A stretch of 64,000 nt of DNA. Source: the human T2T-CHM13v2.0 reference genome, Homo sapiens. Each line of letters opens with the position of its first letter. Within the stretch, counting starts at the first letter, position 1. The notes under the pieces are model-generated. The model was not told the DNA's origin and searched no databases. It saw nothing but the letters and a program-made list of their open reading frames with translations. Position numbers and translations under genes: made by a program. Below are positions 16,994 to 30,230 of the stretch, piece by piece. The stretch is from NCBI RefSeq assembly GCF_009914755.1, contig NC_060938.1; one strand, given 5' to 3'.

Positions 16994-16999
16994 TTTATT
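16994..16999 (-). terminator. Polyadenylation signal AATAAA of the FRG1 paralog
   Basis: tttatt on + strand, ~45 nt downstream of the ancestral stop at 17045-17043. Confidence 0.8.
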
Positions 17000-17042
17000 C
17001 AGAAAAAAACACAAAAAGATAAGACAGAAACAAAAATTCCAG

Positions 17043-17079
17043 TCATCTTCAGTATCTGTAGGCTTTCAATTTGGTTCTC
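17043..17079 (-). pseudogene. FRG1: FRG1 paralog exon 9 coding part (acceptor AG>AA; premature TGA two codons early)
   Basis: taaacaa|G AGA ACC AAA TTG AAA GCC TAC AGA TAC TGA AGA TGA = RTKLKAYRY* versus FRG1 RAKLKADRYCK*. Confidence 0.92.
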
Positions 17080-18243
17080 TTGTTTAAACAAAGAAAAATA
17101 GTAAAATTAATCTATGTAAAACATGCCATATATATTCAACTGCTACTAAATATAAAAAGCTTTAAAACTGTGTGTTCAATTTTGGTTATTGTATTACCAC
17201 AACACTTATATTAAAATATGTATACTTTTAAATTTGGTTTCTATAAAAAGTGGATTCTAATCTTATAAAAGTTATTTCCTAATATTCAATAAATGTTGCC
17301 TAAGGGCTTTTCAATCTAAATAGCAATTTTAACTATTCCAGAATTTAAGGGTGCTTTAAGTTTCCATTTAACAGGGTGAGAATGCTGTATTATTACAAGT
17401 GAAAAAAGTTACAGGACACAGAGCTTATTCCGTTTTAGAGTCCACATCCTGATTATATTTTATATCCTCTTCTTGATTTCTTACAACTAGATACATATTC
17501 ATTTGCTCAGCTGGAAAAAATTCTTAACATTATTTACTGACTTTAGGTATGAACTCTACCAGCTAGTTAACAGGAAATATGTAATTAAACATTACCTTTA
17601 TCAAGTAATGTAAATAAAGGGTAAAAGTAACTTTGCAACATAGGACTTGAATGAGCAGCTGGTGATTATCAAAATCTGGCACTTAATTGATTTATACTTG
17701 TACACTCACAGCTAAACGTCTCTACCTGTTTTTCTATGTTGTAAATCTAGGACATCACTTATCTACATAGGAAGAGTAATAAATATTAATAATGTGCTAT
17801 GATAAACATCCTGCACTCTTCCAAATCTTACAATAAAACTGCTTCAATTTCACTTATTTAGCTTTTATACTTAGTTTTTTAGTTGATCTATGCTTACTTT
17901 AAGGAACCTGAACTACTCTAACAGAATCCACATAATTTTTATATTAGTCAAACTGCTTCTTTCTAACTCGGTTCTAATAGTTATAAAAAGAAAATGATAA
18001 ATTTATGAAGTAGATAGAGTCTAACCTGAATTTCTTAAAGTATATACTTAGAATCGGTTATAATTTTTAGATATTCTTTGTTGACAGTCTTTTCCCAAAC
18101 TCATGATGTCCTCTCTAGGTAATATTGCCACACTCAGAAATAAAGACAAAAATGTGAAAACTACAGTAATTTAAGAGAATATAGGTTTTCTACATGCCAT
18201 TTCTATTGGTTACTGAAAATAGTGAAAATAAGTAAATAGCTAC

Positions 18244-18354
18244 CTATCCCTAAGCATCTCATGCAAAAATCCATCTTTTTGAGCCTTTTTAAGAATTTTA
18301 CTGTCTTCTTTACTTATTTTAAGTTTGTGGTCCTGGAAGCTCTGAAATTTCTTT
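18244..18354 (-). pseudogene. FRG1: FRG1 paralog exon 8 (111 nt, open)
   Basis: ttgcag|A AAG AAA TTT CAG...[38 protein letters not shown]|gta. Confidence 0.95.
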
Positions 18355-18469
18355 CTGCAAAGAAAATGTCTTCATTGAAAAATACCTCAAACTCTGATTA
18401 TATATATTTACTATTAAATTTATAAATACTGTTAATTTCTTTTTCACTTATTAAAAAAATCTAATTGTA

Positions 18470-18768
<299 letters not shown>

Positions 18769-19104
18769 CTAATTGTGTTTTTTTTTAATAAGCTGGAGAT
18801 TTTGAACAACAAGATGACCTTTGTGACCTCTCAAGAGGACGGCCACTCATTGACTGGGTAGCACAAGGCCCCACTTCTATTAGGGCATGCTGGCTGGAGT
18901 CCCCTGTGTCCTGACCATAGCACAGCCTTTGACTGGCATCACGCCCATTCTATGAATGAATAGAGAGATTGACTAACCCGAGTGACTAGCTTTGGGGGCT
19001 GGTAGGATGATTAGGAAAACAGAACCCTCAAGAAAAGAATTTAGCTCAGTGCTCTTTCCTAGAGGCTACATTGTGTTGCCTCTTCTTGTCCATCAGTTTT
19101 CATT

Positions 19105-19260
19105 TTTTCAGACAGAATCTTCCTCCGTCACCCAGGCTGGAATGCACTGGTGATCAGAGCTCACTGCAGCCTTGAACTCCTGGGCTCAAACAATCCTCCT
19201 GTCTCAGCCTCCCGAGCAGATGGGCCTACGTGCATGCACCACCATCCCCAGCTAATTAGA
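19105..19260 (-). mobile_element. Alu right-arm monomer (FRAM/AluJ-like) in intron 7
   Basis: 'cacccaggctggaatgcactgg...ctcactgcagccttgaactcctgggctcaaacaatcctcctgtctcagcctccc'. Confidence 0.85.
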
Positions 19261-19334
19261 TAATTTATTTTGAAAGCACTTTGAGAAGCACTTCACTGTC
19301 AAATCTGTAGGTCTAAAAGGAAAAGCATACATAC

Positions 19335-19426
19335 ACATAATTGATTTCATGTTGTTTTACATTTCCTTTGTCTTCTTCTGGAATGTCATCTTTTTTCTTG
19401 GCTTCTCTTTCAGCACAGGATCTAAT
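19335..19426 (-). pseudogene. FRG1: FRG1 paralog exon 7 (92 nt, open)
   Basis: ctag|[32 protein letters not shown]|gtatgt. Confidence 0.95.
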
Positions 19427-21198
19427 CTAGATAATGGAAAAGAGAATCCAATGGGTTATATGTTTATCTTCCACCTTCCCCACTTTACGTATCACATAAG
19501 AATATTCGAGATGATTTCTTATGCAGAAGAAAAAAATTAACTGAGCAACTATATTCAGAAAAAGACAGGTTCTTGCTATGCATTTTTACTTCATATATAT
19601 ATAATCTATATGAGTAAGGGCTATCACATGCTTCTTCCCAGTCCTTTTGTCAGAAACACTACAGACAAAATTATTTCAGAAATATTTTACACATCAGATC
19701 CTGCTAGACAATAAAGCAATCATTCATTTAATTTTGTCCTCCAAGTGAATACACCAGGATCAAATTATCCCTATAGACAAGTGTTCATTTGATCAGACTG
19801 AAAGCTTAATAGCTATTTTACATTGCACAGACTATTATCAAAGTATTAAAACTTTTAACATTACACAACTTGTTTTTAATTAATTGGAATCCACCTCTTT
19901 TACTGGCTTCTTATATTCTCCTAAGTTTGGATAGGTGTTTACTATCACATGTCATAAGTTAATTGATCTGCATTCAACAATTAGGATCGCCCACAGAACA
20001 GGCAATTGGCAATGGTAAGGACTCATGTCTCCTAAGGGATCTCTGTGGCCAGAGTCCAGTTCCAGGGCTGCTTAGAAAGTGATGACAAATAACGTCTTTG
20101 TGCCAATGACATCTTTGTGACAGTTTTGATTAGAGGGGTCCCAGGCCTGAAAACATTCCCTGTTAGTGCCTGTAACACAATGCTACCTTTAGTAAGAGGG
20201 ATCTGTGTTCTGGTAGATAAGGCAAGGTCATAAAGGTGAAGGGCTGACAGAGATTAGGAAAGCCTGCAATTAAATGGTACAAAAAGAGTCTTAAATAACC
20301 ACTGTTCAGAGCTTCCAAGTACTTGACTAACCTAAGAGACCCAGAAAACTTTGTATTTCATCTGAAAATTGCTTTAAATAGTGAAAAACGCAATCTTTGT
20401 GTATCTTTGTATCTTTGCATAAGTGCAAAGCACTGCACATATATTTGCCATTGTTGCCTTCAATAACACTTTTGTGATGATATCCAGATGAAAAATAATT
20501 TAAACATGATACAATAAAATATAAATAAATAAAATTAAATGTAAGTCACAAACCCATCTGCATTTCCTCAATGACCTGTTTCCTGAGAAGCAATGTGCTA
20601 TGAAATACTGAGATTGGCCTCTGGAGTCAGATGGGCCTCGGTACACATCGTGTCTTAACACACCTTGAAATCACTGTGATTACCATGAACTGACTGACAA
20701 AAACCATAAGGATGTAAGGAGGGTCAGAGGCTGTCTTCCTGTCTGTAAGGCTGAGCTCACATCCACCTCACAGGAGCATTATGGAAATTCAAGACTACAA
20801 CGCATGTGCTGGATGCATGCAATGAAAAAATATAACATTTCACTTCTCTAACTGTAAGAAAAACCTACATTTTAGATTGAAATTGTTTGGGCTTTAGATT
20901 TGAAATTATCTGAAATCAAGACCATTCTAAAAAGAAAATCAAACACATGACCGGAAATCTAACATGAAGCACGTACAGAGAATTGATAGATGCTTTTAAA
21001 TTACACTGGAAGTAGAGAAAAATGTAACATTAATTTTTATGCTCTAATTATAAGAACGAAGGGCATTTTAGAAAAGGCATTTGCCCCCTCTCTTAGAGCC
21101 TTCCACTCTGGCCCCCATAATGCCTTACAGAGCAAATCTGGGTCAGACTGGATGCAACCTGTGATTCCCAACAGAGACAAACAAAGCAAGGTTCAGGA

Positions 21199-21418
21199 TG
21201 CTCAGTACTGCGATGGAATGCTAAGACACAGAAAAACCATGTGTCAAGAAGGGGGGAGTTATTCTTTAGACATATCCTGGTATATGTTTATCATTAAAGA
21301 TCGGTGCATTTGCTCAGTACTGCGATGGAATGCCAAGACACACAAAAGCCATGTGTCAAGAAGCAGGGAGTTATTCTTTAGACATATCCTGGTATATGTT
21401 TATCATTAAAGATCAGTG
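21199..21418. repeat. Tandem duplication, 2 x ~112 bp, in FRG1 intron 6
   Basis: tgctcagtactgcgatggaatgc...ttattctttagacatatcctggtatatgtttatcattaaagatc starts at 21199 and again at 21311. Confidence 0.95.
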
Positions 21419-22731
21419 GCTTTTGTGAGTCTAAAAAATTAAGCCTTAAATGTTTTCATCAAATTCCACTTAACTACCTGATTTATCTATGTTATATTAA
21501 CAGTATTATTTAGAATTTCACCTTGATATGAAGATGTCTGTGTAACTTTTACAATGATGTAAAACAAAGAGTAGGATTAGGGAGTGCACAGGCCACTGGT
21601 GCAATGGATAACGCGTCTGACTATGGATGAGGGAATTTAGCCTGAAATAAGGAACTTTTATTTCCAGCTTAGTGATGCACACAAATTTTAAAAATAAAAT
21701 AAAAATCATGTTTTATGTGATTCATGTTTCTCCTAATGCAAAGAAGACAGGTACTATTAATAAAAATATTTTTAAAATGTAAGGGCTAAGGCCCCAGAAG
21801 TTCTGCTATAATTTTTTATGTTTCATAGAGTGATTATCATCACAGAAGCTCAAGCATTATGTAAATACAAATGCGTATACCCCCACCTGGTAATTCTGCT
21901 TCTGGAAATTTATCTTCAGGTCCACCCGCACATCTACAAATTGATGCATATTCAATATTATGTACTGCAGCACTGTTTATAAGAGCAAAAGACTGGAAAC
22001 AGCCTAAATTTCCATCTACAAAAGACTAAATAAATTAAGGTACATCCCTAAAATGGAATATCATGTGGCTGTTAAAAAGAGAGAGAGAGAGAAAGAGAGG
22101 AAAAGCAAGAAAAAGAGAAATCTTTCTACATTCAAACTAATAGTAGAAAACTCTCCAAGATATAATTTTAAGGAAAAAAAAATCAAAGTCTAGAAGACTA
22201 TAGAGGAGGTTGCCTTTAGTGTAAAACAGTTGAAAATTATAAATATATTCATATGTTTATAAAGAAATTTTAGGAGGCTATAAAAAAACAAAGGGAAAGA
22301 GGAACAGGAGCTGGGACACAGGTGAGTAAGATGTATGGTAGGCATATGTCTTCATCTTCATATGCTTTTATTTAAAAATGTTGGACCACGTGTACATGTT
22401 ATCTATTTAAAAAATTAGATTTTAAAATAAAAGCAAGGAAACAAGAACATGAAAGCTTAAAAAGAGCATGTGGAACTACCAGAAAAAGATACTAATCCAT
22501 GGAGATAATGGCAAGGTAGCTCCTAGATGCACTGATTTCTCTACCACATTGTATAAACAAGCCATCAACTATGGAATTTATAATTAAAAATGAGTCTATT
22601 TGAAACACCACATTATAAAAAGCTATTAACTAAATCTTTAAAGTGACAGTAAATGATGACTTAACATTTTAAAGAGATACAGTCACATCGCATATGTGAA
22701 TGCAGTCATCTGTATAAAATGTCATCAATAC

Positions 22732-22836
22732 CTTGATCATTTCTTCTTCTCCTGCTGTTTTACTTTTTGCTTCTATGTCCCCTGCTTCATTACATCTAAT
22801 AAAGCAGCTATTTGAGGCCAACAAAGCCATTTTCCC
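22732..22836 (-). pseudogene. FRG1: FRG1 paralog exon 6 (105 nt, open)
   Basis: ttag|[35 protein letters not shown]|gtattg. Confidence 0.96.
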
Positions 22837-25087
22837 CTAAGTGAAACAAAATAACAAAATAGCCATGAGGATACTTCTTGTGGAAGAAACATTAAGTGTT
22901 TAGATTGAATTAATTTTTCCTCCCTGCTTTAAAAATCACAGAAAAGAACTTAGAGAAAAACCTGAAAAATATAATACAAGAACATATAGAAAAGGAAACC
23001 AAAATCACCTTTCATTTTACTATTCAAAGATTACCACAATAAACATTTGTGGTGTATCTTCCTAGTAGGACTAAAGTAGGATTGCTTCCTTTCTAAAAGA
23101 TCTACTGAAGATAAAACTGATTTAGTTCTGCTTGGAAAATTAACTTTAAAGACAAGAACATAATTATGAATGCATACTTTATTCAAATATTAACATTTTA
23201 AGTAAAATTTATTTTCTGCACAATTAGAAAACATGAAAAGGTATATACAATGTCTTTGGTGTTTTGAATTTAAGAATCAATGTCTGAGGGACTTTTGTGT
23301 GTGAAAGTAAATATTCATATACATTTTTAATTGTTTAATATTTGATGTATTACACTGGTTTCTATTAAACAAAACTTTAAAAACTGATTTTCTTGTGTAT
23401 CTAAATCTGGGTTATAAATTTGGTTAGCTTAATTCCCATAAACAAATATAACGTTTATTTATAACTGTATTTGGTTGATTCTTTTGGAAAACTTGTAATA
23501 CCATAACATTTAGACAAAATATTTATAAATACAATGATTACAAAATATGTTAACCTTATATCACATCCAGTTAAAAACGTGCTGATAACATGGATTTAAT
23601 TTCTTAGTCAAGTCACAAGGGCTGGGTGGTCTCTCATCTGGATGGCTCCTGGTGAGCTCTGGAACACAGCGGTGTGGCCCAAGGCGATTTAAACCTGTGT
23701 CACAGATTATTCAGCTGAGTCCTTTTTGCAATAGAGTTTTAAGACCTTCTTTCATTTAAATTTAAATTTTTGAAACTTAGCGTCCTTCCTAAAAATAAAA
23801 TAAAATGAACTTTCCTAAAGTGTTGTATTATTAGTACTATCTAAGTCATCATTCTGGCCTTATGAAATATTGGCATTTTCTACTGGTGTAACTTTTATTA
23901 GAAGCATCTCATCATAATAAGTAGGATCATCTCAAAGGGGTTGCAACACATTAGCAGGTAATGAAATCAATGTAGTGTTTCCTGAACGGTATTGGGTGGG
24001 TGGGGGGGAAAAGGAATACACACAGACACACAGAGAAAGGGGTAAAAGAGAATAAGAAATATCAAGGTGCATAACACATGGATAAGTAAGTATTGTTAAG
24101 TACAACTCTTGCTTCAGTTATACATATGTGTGTGCTGGGTTGCAATGTGAAAATGCATTTGTCAATGGATTGGGTCAAAATAGTTTTCAAGTCACCGACT
24201 TAAGACTTTATCTTAGGGGATGAGGAAATTAGTCTAAGTGATTACCACTTTCTGGTGGCATGTTTGTTTAATCTGTCATCTTAGAAAACACTGCTGAGTA
24301 CCTATTTTCAGTTCATTATTGTATACTACCAAAGCTGCTACTCAAAGGCTGAACTTATCTTCTATTTGCTTGTTCTGCATGGTGCCCACTGGTCCTTACT
24401 CTTTTTGATATAGTTATCTACTTTTTAAAGACAGTTTAGCACTCACATATTTTTGTTCAATCTTTCCTTCTCACACAAACAGAAAAAGGAAATTATGTAT
24501 TCTGTATCAACAAAGATTTAACAAAACATCCATATACTACAACTGTTTACTTACTAAAATTAAGAATTAGTATATTATCTTTTTTCTTCTTATATTAAAA
24601 CTATCTTTTCATACACTATTTTAAGCTTATGAACTGAAAGTCTTTTAGAGATAATTTACTTCAATGAACCATTATTATTTATATTTTATATGCAAATTGT
24701 CACAACTTGGTCTTAGCTAGCTCCACTGTTTGCTTACAGTCTGTAACGTTTCTGAAATCATCCATGATTTCTGCTACAAAGAAGATACTTAGGAACTATT
24801 CTGTTTTCCTACTCTGTGACCTAAAATTGACTGGTTCTTCAATGGAAATGAGTTCCATATCTAGGCACTAAGGGTATAGAGAAATAATTGTGGGCAAATG
24901 TACTAATGCTATTTTTGTTGCACTACATTTTGAGATCTCTTTAAGCCTCTATGTTCTTAGCGGTTTATTCCAATTTAATGTATTATACATTGCATCCTAC
25001 TTTTTCTTTTTAAATATATTATGATTGACTGTTACAGACTTTCTATTAAACTGACAGGAAGTTTTTATAAACAAAAACAGCACTTAC

Positions 25088-25202
25088 ATTTTGAAAGACT
25101 GGTTCCCATTGTTCTCTTGGTCCAATTGCATCTGAACGCCCAACAACAAGTTCATCTGAATTTATACCAAGATATTTTCCATAGCCAGATTTCAGGGCAA
25201 TT
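25088..25202 (-). pseudogene. FRG1: FRG1 paralog exon 5 (115 nt, open)
   Basis: tacag|[39 protein letters not shown]|gtaagt. Confidence 0.96.
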
Positions 25203-25344
25203 CTGTACATTAATAAAATAGATAAAAGTTAAAAACTGAGAGAAAATTAATTATAGGACATCAAAACAGGACATGTGTATGTGTGTAGGTGTGTACATAT
25301 CTAAAGTTTCAGACTGGACATATTCCAAGAGTTCAAAAGATGCA

Positions 25345-25645
25345 TGTGGCTGAGAGGTAACTCACTCCTGTAATCTCTGTGCTTTGGGAAGGCAATGGGA
25401 GAATTGCTTGAGGCAAGAAGTTCAAGATCAGCCTGGACAACATAGTGAGACCCCATCTTTACAAAAAATTTAAAAAGTTAGCTGGGCATGGTGGTGTGCA
25501 CATGTAATACCAGCTACTTGGGAGACTGATGCAGGAGGAGTGCTTGAGCCCAGAAATTTGAGGTTATAATGAGCTATGATCACACCACTGCCCTCCAACC
25601 TGGGTGACAGATTGAGACTCTGTGCCTCAAAAAAAAAAGAAAAAG
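25345..25645 (+). mobile_element. Alu (AluJ-like) in FRG1 intron 4
   Basis: 'ctcactcctgtaatc...gaattgcttgagg...gagctatgatcacaccactg' with A tail. Confidence 0.88.
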
Positions 25646-26993
25646 CTACATGTGACTAGTTGTTGCCATATTGGACTGTACACTTTTAAATTTAGTTTTA
25701 TATTTTGCTTTTTTAATAAAAACATTGTACCTTTATTACATAACAAATATTTTCATAATTCGTCATTCTTCAATTATACCTCTTTAGTTATAAATTTCAA
25801 TATTAAATTACTAAAACTTTATGTCATCAAACTGTTTTCCAGAAAATGCTGCTTCCATTTACATTCTTACCTCAAATTAACAGAGTATGTTTTGTATCAT
25901 GGATTTTTTTTTAAACATTATGACTCTAAAAAAATACTTGAAAACTTGATATGGAAAAAAACAGTATCCTATTAATTTGCATTTTAGTAGTTAACTAGAA
26001 TAACAATTGTTTTTCTTTTCCTTTCCTTTTTAGTTTTTAGATTATCTGATAATGTCCCTTGTCCATTTTTCTATTCAGATCTGATTGTTCGCAATTTTTC
26101 TACTGGGGTCTTCAGTGCTATGAATTTTATACAAGATACATATGAAGAGTAAGAACTCACTGCCTATTAAGATTGTTGCAAATATTTTCTCATTTGTCAG
26201 TTAATTTTCTTTATAATCCTTTTTTGTTTATAATTGTAAAGCAGTTTAAAACTATTGAATTTTTCTTCCTCTGTTTTTATTCTGTCTTTCACCCTACTTA
26301 TCAGACTTTCAAGGAAAGTATAGAAATAATCATCTTAATGTGATTTTTTTTAAAATTATGATTTCTTTTACCTTACCAAGAATCTCCTCGGATGCCAGAA
26401 TTGACTTTTACTCCTTTATACATTAATGATTATATAACAGAAATCATTATCATGTTGATGTAACCAATTACTAAAATATGTAAATTCACTTTCATTATCT
26501 TTTACCCAAAGAATCATTCTATACTTCTACACAAGGTGAGAATAAAAAAGGTTACTTTTTAAAATGACTGTAAAAATAGTGAGTAAAAATATTCTTTTGG
26601 TCGTAATGATGTTGTAACATTCTCTGCTGGTTTCAACAATATTAATTTTTTTTAGTCTTCCTGTTTGTCTTTAGACTTCCAAACAGTGAGTTTAAATATC
26701 ATAGCAACAGTGAACCAGGTTTTGTACAAATTGATTTATTTTTTAATCTATCTTATTTGGTGTGTGAAATTATTAATCTTCATTTTTTAACTTACATATC
26801 TTTTTTCCAGCCTAGCATTATATATTGATAGGAAATCCACTAAAAGTAGATCACAAAATCTACTTTTCAGAAAAGCTATTCCATTTTTTATATCAAAATT
26901 ACCATAGGCTTAAGATAGATACTAAAATTTTTAATGAATACAATTAAGTTTTTAAAATAACTGGTTACTAATTATATTACAATATAAGTTCAC

Positions 26994-27051
26994 CTGGAAT
27001 CAGATAATTTGACAGCCATAAACTGCTCTGGAGGACTAGGGCCCTCATCAA
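26994..27051 (-). pseudogene. FRG1: FRG1 paralog exon 4 (58 nt, open)
   Basis: aatag|(V)DEGPSPPEQFMAVKLSDS AG|gtgaac. Confidence 0.96.
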
Positions 27052-27829
27052 CTATTGGAGAAAAAACATTTGAAAATAAATTTGACATTTGCTATAAATA
27101 TAAAGATATTATTTTGTTTTAAAAAATGTGGCTATTTTCTTCTGCAATTAAATGTAAGAATATTCAGATATACTGATGTCACTGCAATACTGTATCTTTG
27201 GAATCAAGATCTATTTTACCTTCTTTTAGCTACAGTGTTAATTTTATACACTAAGACAGGGTGATATAATGCTTATTTAATAACTTTCGAGATAGCTTCT
27301 CTTTATGTTTTAAAATACAGTCATAAATAAGCACTTATTTAAAAAAGCTAAATGCTTTCATTTATTCAATGGATGGCCTTGCTTATGAAATGATACTGCT
27401 TTTTATCTTCTAATTACTTCATATCTCATTAGTGTTTCCTCTAATGGGCTAAAGAAAATGAGGAAACTTCAAATTGTTAAATTCACCCAGGTTAGTTTTG
27501 GTAATAGGTCTGAATAAAAAAGAAATTCAAATATGTTTGACTCAAATAGGTTTTCTTTTTTCTTTCCACTTACTATTTTAATTATTCATATTGTTTTGAT
27601 TTCCAAAGATACTCTTCTGGAACTATATGGAATGTTTTCCAATGCTTATATTAGAAAGAGGGACTTGCCAATGGCTGGTAAATATTAAGGAATTAAAAAA
27701 AAATGGAAGAGTCTAATGCAATGGTTCCTTTCCTTTGGAAAATGTTTGAGACTAGTTAGAGTTTGGCCTAAGTGAATGAATGTCCTAAAATCTACACTTG
27801 TGGCAGGATCTTCCCTTCCAGACACAAAC

Positions 27830-27952
27830 CTTTGTGTGGAGCTCCCAGGGTAAAAAGGCCATTGTCGAGTGCATGTATATAGGTTCCCTCATCCATTTCA
27901 ATGGCTATGGTTCCTGAAATTTCACCAAAGTTTGTTACTGTTCACCAGATTC
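27830..27952 (-). pseudogene. FRG1: FRG1 paralog exon 3 (123 nt; TGA at 27944-27942; 3-nt deletion at the 3' end)
   Basis: ttttag|(G)[40 protein letters not shown]|gtttgt; FRG1 has IWWTV and PHKEV. Confidence 0.95.
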
Positions 27953-28284
27953 CTAAAAAATAAAATGATATTTCAATTTTATATTTTAGTTTTGACACAG
28001 AGTTCTTTGTTATTATAACTTAGTTTTAAAAACCTTTTATTTTGCAGTCATAAGAAATACTACGAAGATCTCACATATCTTTTACTCGCTTTGTCTCAAT
28101 GATAACATCTTGCATAAGTATCATACATTGTTAGAATAAGGAAACTGACATTGATATAACCAATGAAGCTTATTCAGATTTCACCAGTTTTACATGTACT
28201 TGTTTGCATGTATGTGCACAGATTCCTGCAACTAACAGCACAGTCAGGATTAGGATTTTAAAATACACAATAGCAACATACAGC

Positions 28285-28455
28285 CCGGCATGGGGGTGCA
28301 TGCCTGTAATCCCAGCTACTCAGGGAGCTGTGAAAGAGGATCACTTGAGCCCAGGAGCTCAAGGTTATAGTGAGCTATGATCACGCCACTGTACTCTAGC
28401 CTGAGTGACAGAACAAGGTCCTGTCTCAAAAAAAGACCAAAACAAAACAAAAGGC
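28285..28455 (+). mobile_element. Alu monomer (FRAM/AluJ right arm)
   Basis: 'ggcatgggggtgcatgcctgtaatcccagctact...ggatcacttgagcccagg' with A-rich tail. Confidence 0.85.
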
Positions 28456-28601
28456 AACATGTGAGGGTACAAAGTGATATATGGAGAACGGTCTCTCTCG
28501 TGATAGACCCCAGCCATCTATTCATGCCTGCTTTCCAGAGGCAATGCCTATCATAATGCTTCTTAAAAATGCCTCTACAGGAAGACTTTCTAGCATAGTA
28601 A

Positions 28602-28905
28602 TTTTTTTTTTTTTTTTTTTTTTTGAGATGGAGTCTCGCTCTGTCGCCCAGGCTGGAGTGCAGTGATGTGATCTTGGCTCACTGCAACCTCCACTTCCTG
28701 GGTTCAAACAATTCTCTGCCTAGCTTCCCGAGTAGCTGGGGTTACAAGAGCCTGCCACCATGCCCGAATAATTTTTTTTGTATTTTTAGTAGAGACGGGG
28801 TTTCACCACATTGGTCAGGCTGGTTTGAACTCCTGACCTCGTGATCCACCCGCCTCTGCCTCCCAAAGTGCTGAGATTACAGGTTTGAGCCACCGCTCCC
28901 AGCCA
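28602..28905 (-). mobile_element. Alu (AluS-like)
   Basis: Poly-T followed by 'gagatggagtctcgctctgtcgcccaggctggagtgcagtg...tcccaaagtgctgagattacagg'. Confidence 0.93.
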
Positions 28906-29519
28906 GTAATCTTAACTATGATTTTACATTGAAAGCAAAATGAGCAGAACCTATGTCTATGTATACTAATGTCCAATTTGCCAATAGAAATGTTAGAGTC
29001 TAGCAAACATTATTTTAGCGTTGTTATAAAAGTTTATATCTTAATGTTAAAAAATATCCTCAAAACTCCTCCTAAATTGTACTTTAACTAGAGTAGAAAT
29101 GAGTCAATCATTAAATGGATATTACATATTAAGGAATTCTTGTTAATTTTACAAGGTCTGATAATGACATAGTATAATGTATAAAAGTAAAGAACAAAAC
29201 AGGTGATGAGAGAAAGACATACCACGTTAAGAAATGCACATTTATGTACTTATGGGTAAAATGATGTAATATCTGTGATTTTACTTAAAATTTTCTAGGA
29301 AAAAAGTGTGTGGGGGTGTGTATGTAAATGAAACGAGATTGGCAAAATATTGATAATTAATACTGGGGCCTGGGCACATGAGGGACTCATTATATTCTTC
29401 TATGTATGGATTAGTTTGCATATTTCCATAATAAAAAGGTTTTAAAGATTCAGTTTATTCCACTGCACAAAACTTTCTATTCAACTAAACATTTCATGCT
29501 TTTCATAGTCAATTTTAAA

Positions 29520-30230
29520 ATACATAAAATTTTAGCTAAAATGAAGTTGGACCCTTATCTAACACAAAATACAAAAAGTAACTTAAAATAGACAAAAGAC
29601 CTAAATGTAAGAGCTAAAGTTAGAAAACTTTTAGAAGAAAATGGGAAAAGCTTCACGACAATGAATTTGGCAATGATTTCTTATATAGAACATCAAAGGC
29701 ACAGGCAACAAAAGAAAACGTAGACAAACTGGACTTCATCAGAATTAAAAATTTTGTGCATTAAGAACCACTGTCAACAGAGTAAAAGGCAACCCAGAAA
29801 ATGCAGAAAATATTTGTAAACTACAAACATTATAAGGAATTAATATCCAGACTATATAGAGAACTCCAGAAAGACAAATACCACAATTCAAAACTGGGCA
29901 AAGGATATATACGGACATTGCTCCAAAGATGTTATACAAATGGCCAATAAGCACTGGAAAAGATGCTCAACATCACTAGTCAGTAGGGAAATATAAATCA
30001 AAACCATAATGCAATACCACTTCACACCCATTAGAATGCTATTATCAAAACAAACAAAAAACAGAAACCAAGAAAACCAGAAAAACAAATGTTGGGCAGA
30101 ATGTGGTAAACTGAAACCCTGTGCAATGCTGGTGGGAAGGTAAATGATGCATGTATTTAAATGCCACTGAACTGTACACGTAAAAGTAGAAAAACTGGCA
30201 AATTCAATATTCTGTATATTTTACCTCCAC
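29520..30230 (+). mobile_element. Old L1M fragment (ORF2 3' region and 3' UTR)
   Basis: 'aagttggacccttatct...gacctaaatgtaagagctaaa', 'aaagatgctcaacatcactagtc'. Confidence 0.75.

Noticed and set aside
20990-21409. 139-aa ORF in intron 6
   Set aside because: Antisense to FRG1, spans the 112-bp duplication, no homology recognised
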